From: Bipalium vagum
Taxonomy: Eukaryota
Length of the DNA: 35,813 bases
NCBI GenBank assembly: GCA_037834085.1
Contig: JBBMKC010198386.1
Span: 1-35,813, forward strand
Direction: 5' to 3'
A model generated the notes under the pieces. It searched no databases. It was not told the DNA's origin and was given only the letters and a program-made list of their open reading frames with translations. Of this stretch, positions 25,721-35,813 are shown in pieces. Both the position numbers and the translations under genes were made by a program. Position 1 is the stretch's first letter, and the number at the start of each line of letters is the position of its first letter.

Positions 25721-27989
25721 CATATTTTCGATATATTTTACAAATGATTCATATATATTTAAAGATTGCAAAATGAATTTGATAGGTTTTTGGAAATGAA
25801 ATTAATAAAAATTTCTAAATAAAAAGACCCTAGTTGGGCAAATTCACTCTGCATAAAGAAAATTTTTTATTCATTTTTCTGTTCTCCACTTTATCGCTGC
25901 ATTGTTCATTAATTATTGTTTACAGAATTTATTTTATTTATATATTAATAGGTTTTCAATAATGGTAAAGAATGGCATTTTGATGCCATCAATTTATAAT
26001 AATGGCTTAGATATCATCTTGCGAGTTTTGCTTGAGAGATCTTTTTTATTAAACATGATATTCTATTTGATACATTTTAAGAAACAAACGTTAAAACCTT
26101 CCCGGTGAAAATAAAACCAGCTTATCTTATAAATGTACAGTTTGAATGCAATGTAAAATTAGAAAACCGTTTTTGATCTTTTGCATGTCATCACCATAGA
26201 TTTATAGGTAAGAGAAAATACAATGAATTAATAATTTGTCAGACTCTTGAACACTTTTGGAATACATCTTCACAGACACTTAATATATAAAATATGTTTC
26301 CTAAAGAATTGATTAAATCAATTTGTCCTACACTTTTATAATAAAACCAACTAGAATAATATTTCTAACTTCACGTTTCGATAGGACCGTTTAAATATCA
26401 ATTATTACAAATAAGAAAATTTTAATAATTTATATAATTTAAAAGATTTAAACAAAATATAAATTCTGTGATAATATAGTGTGCTTATGATAACGGATTA
26501 TTACTTGAATCCATCCAAAATAAATAAATAAAACAAGTTATGAAATAAAGATTTCTCAATAAGCTTCTGTTTTATGATTTATAATTTTTATATAATTTTC
26601 AAAGACTAACTAAACCTAAAATAATATTAAATTATTATGAAATTAAGTAACACATAAGTAATACATTATGAGAAACCTTCTTCAACATGTATTCGCCCAA
26701 AAGAAAGCAAAATCATTCAATTTCATAAATTAAATGAAAATTTTTTTAAAGGAATCTTTGGGTGAACTGACAAGAAACAGAAAAAGTTAGATGAACCGTT
26801 TGAGAGATGATCTGAACAGTGGCAGTTTTTTTTGGTGTCCAATAGAATTTGTTGGAGACTAAACGTAATTGTTTAAAAATTATATTTATCCAGAGCTGTT
26901 ATTTGTAATATATATATTTGTAATTTATAAATTCTAAATGATTTTATTACAATATAATAAATCAAAAATACAATGCAATATAATAAATTACAATGTAAAA
27001 TATAAAATAATTTTCATTGGACAGCATATTTACACTTAATCGAATTTTATATATTTTTAAAATAATATTATAACATTTATTGATTAGTATACATCATATA
27101 TAATTTAGAAATTTATAATAAAATAATTTTTTAAAATTACATAAATATTAAAACAGAAAATTCCAAAGATTTTTGAAATTATTTTTCTGTTTTCTATATT
27201 TAAGAGTAAATGTAGAATAAACATTTTCCAGTAAAATGCAAATAATAAATTCTACCTAAAACATTGTTCAATATTAATAATCGATAAAAATATGAAAGCG
27301 ATTTTCAGTTGATTTGACACTTTTATTGAAATGAATGAAATATGTTCGGTGAATTATTCTCTCACTTGGGAACGAATATGAAGTTCGTCAATATATTATA
27401 ATGTAACTTCATAATTAACCAAATTTCTTTTTCATTCAGGAAATTGACAGTAAATTGCTTATTTGGTAATTTATTTCGCTTCTGTCACTAGAACAAATAA
27501 AAATAATAATAATAAATACAAATATTTATATCATTTATTTATATAAAATACTGAATATTGAATAATATTTTTCAAAAATTATTTCCCAGTTAGAAAATGC
27601 TTATTAATCGTGTTCGCAGTATAATTAGTTAATTATTTTTAATAAATGATTTTTAAAGCCTAATTAATGGTATATTAATTGTATAAAATAGTAAACATAA
27701 GGAAATATGAAGATTTTTATCTCAAAATTTTGTATATTTTGTTTTATATATTTTATTTAATACATCTAACCTCTTAGTCTAATGATGGGTTTTCAATACC
27801 ACACAATTATCGTTAAGTAACTTTTAACAATCTTAAAGGTTTAAAACTGTTTCATGATTTAATTATTTACAGTTTATTAATAAATTTTCCTGCGAATTGT
27901 GTCATCTCATAATTTCTAACAGGTTTTATAAGATTTTTGTCAATTTGATTAAAGCCATTTATCCCTGATTTTCCTGTATTACATTACAT

Positions 27990-28414
27990 ATACATAATGA
28001 TCCGAAACATACCAGCAAAATTTGCAAACGCTTTTAAGATCTTTAAAGTCAACAAATACTAGAAATAATGGTATAGCCACCACATTTACAGATCTGAACT
28101 CGATCGAATTGCTATGGGAAGAACTTAACAGAAATGTGAGAGACGAGCAGCCATCTTGTTTAGAAAACCTTTGGCACAATACACCTCGAAACATTGTGTA
28201 CATTAATTACTCGTATGCCAAAGATCTGTGCCAATGTGATAAAGAATAAAGGAGGATATTTTGACTAATCAAAAATTTGTGATTAATAAAAAAATGTTTA
28301 ATATTTATTAGTTTCTGTATACACATGTATTTGGCACAAATCATATTTGAAAAAGTTAATTTATTCAGCAATTTTAAGAAAATTGTACCTGCCTCAAAAT
28401 TTCTGTCAGTATTG
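27990..28414 (+). mobile_element. Tc1 (DDE) transposase 3' fragment with TIR
   Basis: HNDPKHTSK..*PP..DLNSIELLWEELNRNV..RMPKICANVIKNKGGYFD, ending cctcaaaatttctgtcagtattg|TA. Confidence 0.9.
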
Positions 28415-29405
28415 TATATTTAAATATTCGAGTGTCTTTGTCCCTGTTTTCTCACTACTTATTTGGCGCACTACTTATAAAAAAATGTTTATTAAATTAA
28501 TCAGGTTTTCCTGACTAATTAATTATCTATTTCTAAATAACATTAATTCTTCAAAGTACGTTTTGAGGAATTATTTGAATGATAATATTGTTACGTAGTT
28601 AGTCAACTATGACCAAAGGTTTGTGTTTCTAAATATTAATTAATGTTACATTTTCTCATACCGAAAAATATCTGATAATTACTTAATTTTATTAATTCTA
28701 GATTCAAATTTCCTTGCTTAAATAATCGCGACTAAATGATCGAAATTAATAATATTACAACGTATTTAAAAAATACTTTTCCCAATTAAAGTTTTATGTA
28801 TTTGATTCATTATTTATTTATTTTATATTTCGATAACGTAAATCATTGAGATAGCATTTTCTTGTTTTTCTTTTTTCAAGCAGATTTAATTATATCAGCT
28901 GAAAAAATAAACATTTTCACATACACACGAAAGAATCTTTTCCCCTTAGACTGTTCATTTTTGATCTGCACAGATATTAGGACAATCTTTAATTGATTTT
29001 CCCCGGCTCATGGAGAAACCTCAAAATGATAATTGATAAAAATTAGCAAAATAAATAATTGAAAGTAAAAAAAGTACCCAGTAAAGTTTTTTTCAAAATG
29101 TGAATAACATGTGTTACTTGATCTAATTGCAGTGAATATATATTTTGCAATGTATATTCTTTTACTTTAGTTCACGGGTTTCATGGAGAAATACATTAAA
29201 TTGAGAATTATACTTCTAACAGTGTCTTCAGGTGTAGGAAGAATCTCCTTCAACCATGAAAAGTTCATATATTTTTCATTTGTTTAAGATTTTTAACTGA
29301 AATAATAACTGAACTAAAATATTTTGATGAGAACTAATTCCTTATATCTTTTCTATTTATGATAATAAAGAAAATAGGAATTTGATCGTGCTTAATATCA
29401 TTTTG

Positions 29406-29680
29406 ATAAGGTTGATGCAAAAATAATGTGAAATTTTATTATAAATTTAACAACATTTTAAGGCACCTCCAAAAATACTTTAGTAATCAAAATAAAACCA
29501 AACAAATTCAATACATTTCTAACAAAAAGCCTTAGTGATAGCTGTTGAGTAAGTCGTACTTGTTAGAGACAAAATACTGGTTGAAGCCATTCTTTAGTAA
29601 GGCTAATGAAGAAAAGAAAGTTTATTTTTGAGTTATATTGAGTATGGAGAATCAAACAAATCCTTATACCATAAACCGGA
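29406..29680 (+). mobile_element. Mariner 5' end (Hsmar1-like TIR, UTR, first codons)
   Basis: ataaggttgatgcaaaaataatg resembles TTAGGTTGGTGCAAAAGTAATTG; ATG at 29644 gives MENQ, a common mariner start. Confidence 0.55.
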
Positions 29681-30776
29681 TAAAAAATAAGAAAAATTAT
29701 GAAACAAAAAATTAATATTAATTATATTTTATTTTATTACAAATCTTCATCATATATTATTATATTTTTTATTAAATCTATAAGGTTATTTACGCTAGGA
29801 TTCATTTTTATTTTTAATAATAATAATAATGATGTATTATCGCTTTGGAATCCATAACAGTAAGTGGTTTGAAATAATTTATTATGTGATAAACAAAATT
29901 CACAATATTTAAACAAATTTCATCAAACCATGGGATTTAGATATCATCAAGTTAATTTTGTCATATTTAATTTAAGGTAATAAAAAATATGACTATTGGA
30001 AAAATAAAAATTTTTTTTCAGATATTATTAAAATTCATTTTATTATCCTTAGTTTTATAATTAGAATGTGTGAATAAATAATAAAATATCATATTACAAG
30101 AAAAAAGAAATATAAATCAACGACAAATGAATATACTGATTTCAGTTTTTATTTATATTTTAAGTTTTCATTAATATAAATAAAATTCAATACATAAAAT
30201 ATTCAGCACAATATTTCGACTTTCGTTTTGATATCTTACTCTAATTTAATATATACCATCCTAAATGCAACTGTACAGAATAAGAAAGACATTCATAAGT
30301 CGTTTCGTATAATTCTCATTATATTAATTATAATCATCAAAATATATTCATTCATGGGAACAGGTCTTATGGGATAACATTGGTGTATATTTATATGACA
30401 GTACCAATAAGAAAAAACAGAAAAATAATTCTGGGCAACAATTAATTTGTGAAATTTCTCTAGAGAAAATTATGCAAAACCTCTTTACTCTAATTACGTA
30501 ATACATGGATTATCGGAAGTCAATTTAATAAGGCCCGAAGAACTCAAGTAATGATCAAACATAATTCATCAAGAAAAAATTGATAATCAGTCCCATTAGG
30601 GTAAGACTTTATTTACATGATTTAATTAAACCAAAGCGTCAACAAATGACATTTTTCTATCTAAAGGATTTAAATTTTTAAAAGGATCACTTCATTACTA
30701 AATAACCATATTGTTCTTTATAAATATAGAATTTATTATAAAGAAATAGAATCTCTCTGGCTTGGATTTTCTTTGG

Positions 30777-30911
30777 NNNNNNNNNNNNNNNNNNNNNNNN
30801 NNNNNNNNNNNNNNNNNNNNNNNNNNNNNNNNNNNNNNNNNNNNNNNNNNNNNNNNNNNNNNNNNNNNNNNNNNNNNNNNNNNNNNNNNNNNNNNNNNNN
30901 NNNNNNNNNNN
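30777..30911. other. Assembly gap (N run)
   Basis: Run of N. Confidence 1.
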
Positions 30912-31516
30912 ATTTTTATTATTATTAATATTATTGTTATTAATTCATATAATTCTTTAAAAACCCATTAATCTTTTTCCATGTGAAAGTCCATTTTTCC
31001 TTAGTTGGGCAGGAAAAATAAATAAATTATATGACATTTGGAATGATGTGGTAAAAAAGTGTGGACAAAATTATTCGGCAAAATACTGGGAAGAAGTAAT
31101 TTATATTTGCAATTAATCTCATTATTATTTATTATATCTTTTAATAATGATAATAGTTACGTTCTATATGTCCAGTTCATGTTGAAAATTAAGAAAAAAA
31201 ATCACTTATTTTATACTTTAGTTGAGATTATAAATCATTTTTTTCAATTTTATTAAGAAGAGACCTGACAATCAAAATATTAATTATGAATGAAAAATAA
31301 TTTCGACAGAAGACAGCAGACTTTAGAAATAAATCATTATACAATTTTGGATTTTCAAAATCGAAAAAGACTAAAATCTCAAAATTCATAAAAAAATAAA
31401 CATATTTACCTTTATTTTTACTGATTAAAATAAAATTATAAAGATCAAATTAATTAATTTTGCACTGCACAAAAGCATTTAATTCATTTCAATGTTTTTT
31501 CTACATCAGCCTATAA

Positions 31517-32160
31517 TTATATGTCAATGCTGAGCGTAAAAACCAGTGGTTAAGTACTGGTGAAAAACGAATCCCAACGGCTAAACCAGGTCTCCATCCG
31601 AAAAAAGTTCCTCTCAGTGTGTGGTTGGATATTAAGGGAATAATATATATGGAGCTCCTAAATATGAGTGAAACCATCACTAGTGAGGTCTATTGTCAGC
31701 AATGAAGTGCTAAATATTAGATAAACTATATGATAAATTGAAACTTACCAGACCATCTCTGCTCAATCGACGAGACGTTATTCTTCAACAAGATAATGCA
31801 AAACCGCACACATTAAAAATGACCAGTGAGAAACTAAAAGAGTTTGGCTGGGAACTTCTTTTTCACCCACTATATAGTCCAGATATGGCTCCAACAGATT
31901 ATTATCTTTTCCATTCATTACACTACTTCTTAACGAGAAAAGAATTCAATAGTAAATCTGCTGTCGAAATTGCCATCTCTGCGTATTTCACCGTAAAGGA
32001 CCAGAAGTTCTTCAAGCATGGCATTGAACTGCTGCCTGAACGTTGGGACAAAGATAATTGATAACGATGGGCATCATACTATCGAATAAAATATTCTTTT
32101 TTTATAAAATAAATTTTTGTTCTACACATCTTTTCGGTAAAGACTTATGAGACGACCTAA
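31517..32160 (+). mobile_element. Mariner (D34D) 3' half with TIR; best-preserved TE in the window
   Basis: AKPGLHPKKVPLSVWLDIKG..VYCQQ, LQQDNAKPH..HPLYSPDMAPTDYYLF (34 residues between the Asps), GIELLPERW; TIR gacttatgagacgacctaa|TA at 32142-32162. Confidence 0.95.
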
Positions 32161-32409
32161 TATTAAAAATATAATAAAATAATAATGATATAATTTTTTA
32201 AAATATTGGGTGGAGCTTAAAATGCACTGAAATAATTTATTTAATCTTTATTTATTTTTCTTATCGAAAAGCAAATAACATTGGAAATCGAGAATAATAT
32301 TTATATTTTTCGGATCATGACAACAGTAAAAGTAAATGGAATTACATTTCTATATCAAAAATATCGATCAGATCTGTGATAATGAGACATTGATTCTAAA
32401 ATAATTATG

Positions 32410-33027
32410 CTACTTTGAAATACAGGTTGAAGTATCGTTGGACTTTCTCATTTTCCTACTCACTGACGTTTCAATCAAGTGCTGGAAAGACTCTTGTATG
32501 TTGATTTGGTATCTCGACGAGGTTTCAAAATAGAATCCACTTAACGATTCAGCCAATTCCTGGCCCATCTCATTGTCGACCATTCTTTGGGATTTCAGAT
32601 CACTTTTATTAGCCAATATGCCAAATGTCGTATCTTCCATGTCACGATTACTGTACATTTGGAATTCTTTAATCCACTTTTTCAGGTTGACCAAAGTTTC
32701 CGGTCGACATAAATCGAAAACAATTATCACAATATCGGTATTAATATAAAGGTCTTTTCGACTGTCTAAAAAGTCCGGATCTCCAGAAAAATCCCAAATA
32801 TTCACTCGAATTTCCTTCGAGATATCAGGTTGAATTGATCGGTACAGCTTAAATCCATAATCAGTGCCGATTGTTGGGTTGTATTCGTTATTGAGCGAAA
32901 TGTTGAAGAAGCTTTTAATAATCGACGTTTTTCCACATTGAGCATCTCCTATGAAAATGATCTTGAGCCAGGTGGGGCTGTCTACAATCTGTTTGGCCTT
33001 TTTGTAAAATTCATCGACTTTATCCAT
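32410..33027 (-). CDS. DNAJC27: RJL-family (DNAJC27/Rbj-like) Rab-related small GTPase, 205 aa, without a J domain
   Basis: Intact, GC-richer ORF with G1 GDAQCGKT, G2 PTIGTDYG, G3 WDFSGD, G4 NKSD and G5 ETSS. RJL-type features: TIGxDYG (Rabs have TIGVDF), EIRVNIWDFSGDPDF (compare EIKVNIFDMAGHPFF), no catalytic Gln, and MEDTTFGILANK/RMVDNEMGQELAES similar to DNAJC27. The symbol denotes family, not proven orthology. Confidence 0.9.
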   Translation of the reverse strand: MDKVDEFYKKAKQIVDSPTWLKIIFIGDAQCGKTSIIKSFFNISLNNEYNPTIGTDYGFKLYRSIQPDISKEIRVNIWDFSGDPDFLDSRKDLYINTDIVIIVFDLCRPETLVNLKKWIKEFQMYSNRDMEDTTFGILANKSDLKSQRMVDNEMGQELAESLSGFYFETSSRYQINIQESFQHLIETSVSRKMRKSNDTSTCISK

Positions 33028-33326
33028 AATTTAACAGAAAAAATAAGGTAAAATCAATGGTACTGTTTTTATTCTGATAAAGTGACGATGATGAATTGTG
33101 GTTCACATCAGTACAATATTAAAACACACAAATCAGTGATGGTTCAGTGCTGCAAGAAATATTTGCATTTGCCATTCCGAATCAATAGGTGCAATGGCTC
33201 ACAAAGACTATTTAAAGAAAAATGAAAAATATTTATATTAAATTAAATAACTTTATAAACAAATAAATTTTATACAATTTTTTAAAATATATTGTAGGAA
33301 TCCAATTTAATTTTGAGCTCTTTATA

Positions 33327-34105
33327 CGAGGGCAATCTTTTAAGTTTTGCATATGGGTGCATACAAGAACTACGATAATAGAATATTAATATGTAAAACA
33401 AACGACCATATTTAGATACTAAGAATTATAAATTTTGTTTAAATATATCAAAATCTTTGTTTACAGTGACTATTTAAAGAACAAAATCGATGACAAAATT
33501 TGAATTCACGAGAGATAATGTACGAGCAATAATCTCAGTAACAATGTCAATCCGAAATTATGTATGTTCTTGGGATGAAGTACCACATAAGTCCATAATT
33601 TCACCAACGTGGACGCTCTAGTCTGACAGATGAACTAAGAATTGGTGCACCAATGACACCAGTTACCCATGAAAAATTAGATACTATACGTCAGTTCATC
33701 ATAGAAAATTGACATTTCAAAGATATCATTGCATAAGATCCTGCATTAGGAACAAATCGTGAGGTAGTTAGTTTCCCTTTTGATCCCACAACACCCAACT
33801 CATGAACAAAAATTAGCTCGAGTCAACTGGTACCGAAAAAAATTAAATAGATTCAACAATGGAAGCTCAAAAAATGAGTACATTATTGTCAGTGATGACG
33901 AATCATTTATTTATTCGTGCGAACCTGAAAAGAAAATTCAATCTTGTGTTTAAGTGTTCCAATCTGAGTTACCAGTTCTAGTAGTGTGTTAAACAAGATG
34001 ATAACAACATTTGTCTCAAAAGCAGACTATGTCGTCACAATTCCTTTACAAAATCGAAAAATGGTTATTGCGCAATGCTATACAACAAAATATTTGCCAG
34101 GAAAT
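33327..34105 (+). mobile_element. Mariner 5' two-thirds with TIR
   Basis: TA|CGAGGGCAATCTTTTAAGTTT terminus; EFTRDNVRAII, QRGRSSLTDE, IPHNPTHEQKLARVNW, IVSDDESFIYSCEPE, TIPLQNRKMVIAQCYTTKYLP. It ends just before the HHDN motif. Confidence 0.9.
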
Positions 34106-34249
34106 TATTATATTTTCGATAATTTCATATAACAAATAAAATTCTTGGTACAAAAATTTTTCAATTTTGATTTGTTGAAAAACTTTGAATATTTGCTTAA
34201 ATTATATTTTAGTATATATATTTTTTCGAAATCAAGAATTACTAAAAAA

Positions 34250-35223
34250 TAACATGAAGAAATGTATAATGTTGTCAAGCAACTCCGCAATAAAGAATTT
34301 TCCCAAAATATGCTATGCAAAACATATAAGACTATCTAATCTTCAATTTAAAGAATTGATGCTCAATGGGAAAGAGATCCTCAGAAAACCAACAATTTTA
34401 GAAACAAAGATATGAATAAATATAAGAATTTTATTAAAGAAGAGTCATATTTTTAATTTTGAGGTTCAGATTGAAATAGGCTTTGAAAATATTATTTTCG
34501 AGTTATTCCAAAGGTAATGTTAGAAAATATTCCTGATACATCATACGAAATTAAGAATTGCTTTAAATGTAGCAAACAATTAAAATAGGGTTGGTTTAAA
34601 CCATCAACAGGTTGATTGGATAAATTTAAGAGGTGACATAAAATAAGTGGGGAAATTTTAATCACTCCTAACTAATCACTCCTATATTTAAAAATTCGGA
34701 TATATGACAGAAAAAAATAGTCAATATGCAATCGAGAATGTATATAACTTAGATGAAACCGGTTTATATTACTACAGATCAATCAGCAATAAGGGAATAG
34801 AAAAAAGACAGCTTAATCCTGTTATTTTGTTGCAATTTGATAGTGTTGAAAAAAAATTTTTTATCTTAGAAAAGTATGCTAACCCTCGAAGTTTTAGAAA
34901 TTTTAAATGTATAAGATCTAAATATTAAGTACATTCACAATAAAAATGACTGGATGAAAATCTTTCATAAATGGCTTTCAAAATTTAATAATGATTTTAA
35001 AATATTTTAAAAAAGATTCTCCTTGTGATCGATAATGTTCCATCACATATTTGTGAAAGCTTCTCAAATATTGAAAATTTTGTCCAAAAATACCGCTTTA
35101 ATTCTACAACCTTTGGATATGGGTGTGATAAATCTTCAAAGATTTATTATAACAATTATATCTAAATAATAACAAATAAATGAATAGTATGTATTGATCA
35201 AAACATTAATCAATAAGTTTTTA
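34250..35223 (+). mobile_element. Degenerate Tigger/pogo transposase
   Basis: FKPSTG*LDKFKR*HKISGE, QYAIENVYNLDETGLYY, KYANPRSF, KILLVIDNVPSH, LILQPLDMGVI. Confidence 0.9.
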
Positions 35224-35615
35224 TTTACATATTTTATGGTGCTTATTTCTTGTAATATTTACAGAAGTCGCCCTAAAAACCATTATGTTTTTTGCATACA
35301 TAATAATGTTACTTGTTTTAATTAATTAAATGTATAATAATTATGTAAAAAAAAATATTGATTTTTAAAAATTATTTGTTAATTCTTAACAATCCATTAA
35401 ACTGAGTATATTTATTTTATAATTACTATTAAAAAAATTTATGATTGTAATGTAAAAAATTATATTTCATTCAAAAAAATCATGTTTGTAAAAATAAAAA
35501 AATTAATTTTTCTTGATTTGATAAATTTTAAATATTTAAATTTCATTGTATTTTTATTGTGTTATTTCCTAAATTAACATTTCTGACTCTTAGTTAACAT
35601 TTTATAAAATTAATA

Positions 35616-35813
35616 CAGTGCCTGGCCATTGAAATAGACTCAAACAAAAAGTTTCGTGTTTTAGTCGTAAATTCAATTTCTAAAATATTTTTTACGTAAT
35701 TCATTATTAAATGCAAGAATAATAATTTATTAAAACGGAAAACACTAAAAAATATATACTACATATGACCATGCACAAAAAATATTAATATTTGGTCCAC
35801 ATGCCCTTATTTT
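35616..35813 (-). mobile_element. Tc1-like element 3' end, running off the window
   Basis: TA|CAGTGCCTGGCC resembles the Tc1 TIR CAGTGCTGGCC; the minus strand ends NKGMWTKY*, a typical Tc1 C-terminus. Confidence 0.75.

Noticed and set aside
28900-29280. Possible Tc1 N-terminus (MSRGKSIK) and repeated tcatggagaaa
   Set aside because: No downstream motif or TIR to corroborate it.
32410-33027. Assignment as a canonical Rab
   Set aside because: It lacks DTAGQE, IGVDF and the CC/CxC tail; RJL signatures fit better.
33150-33185. Possible RFX X-box or octamer upstream of the GTPase
   Set aside because: Only a half-site (ttgccat) and an 8-mer expected by chance.
1-35813. Prokaryotic-type systems (CRISPR, defence operons), tRNA or rRNA genes
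   Set aside because: No operon structure, repeat-spacer array or recognisable structural RNA seen; the sequence is eukaryotic and TE-rich.

Overview
Very AT-rich eukaryotic scaffold, probably an invertebrate animal (inferred from composition, (TAT)n microsatellites and the transposon families), with two N gaps. Only one intact host gene is supportable: a single-ORF small GTPase on the minus strand (32410-33027). Its motifs match the RJL/DNAJC27 (Rbj) family rather than a classical Rab, and it has no J domain. Most other recognisable sequence is dead transposons: about a dozen mariner remnants from several subfamilies, several Tc1 remnants, three Tigger/pogo remnants, a hAT end, a Gypsy element lacking RT/RNase H, candidate LTRs and a possible RTE fragment. 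The notable structures are a near-identical inverted Tigger-derived duplication bracketing the GTPase, two complementary mariner halves that may mark a ~16 kb inversion, and nested insertions. I found no convincing new multi-gene system. Family calls come from hand translation and remembered motifs, not database searches, and remnant boundaries are approximate.
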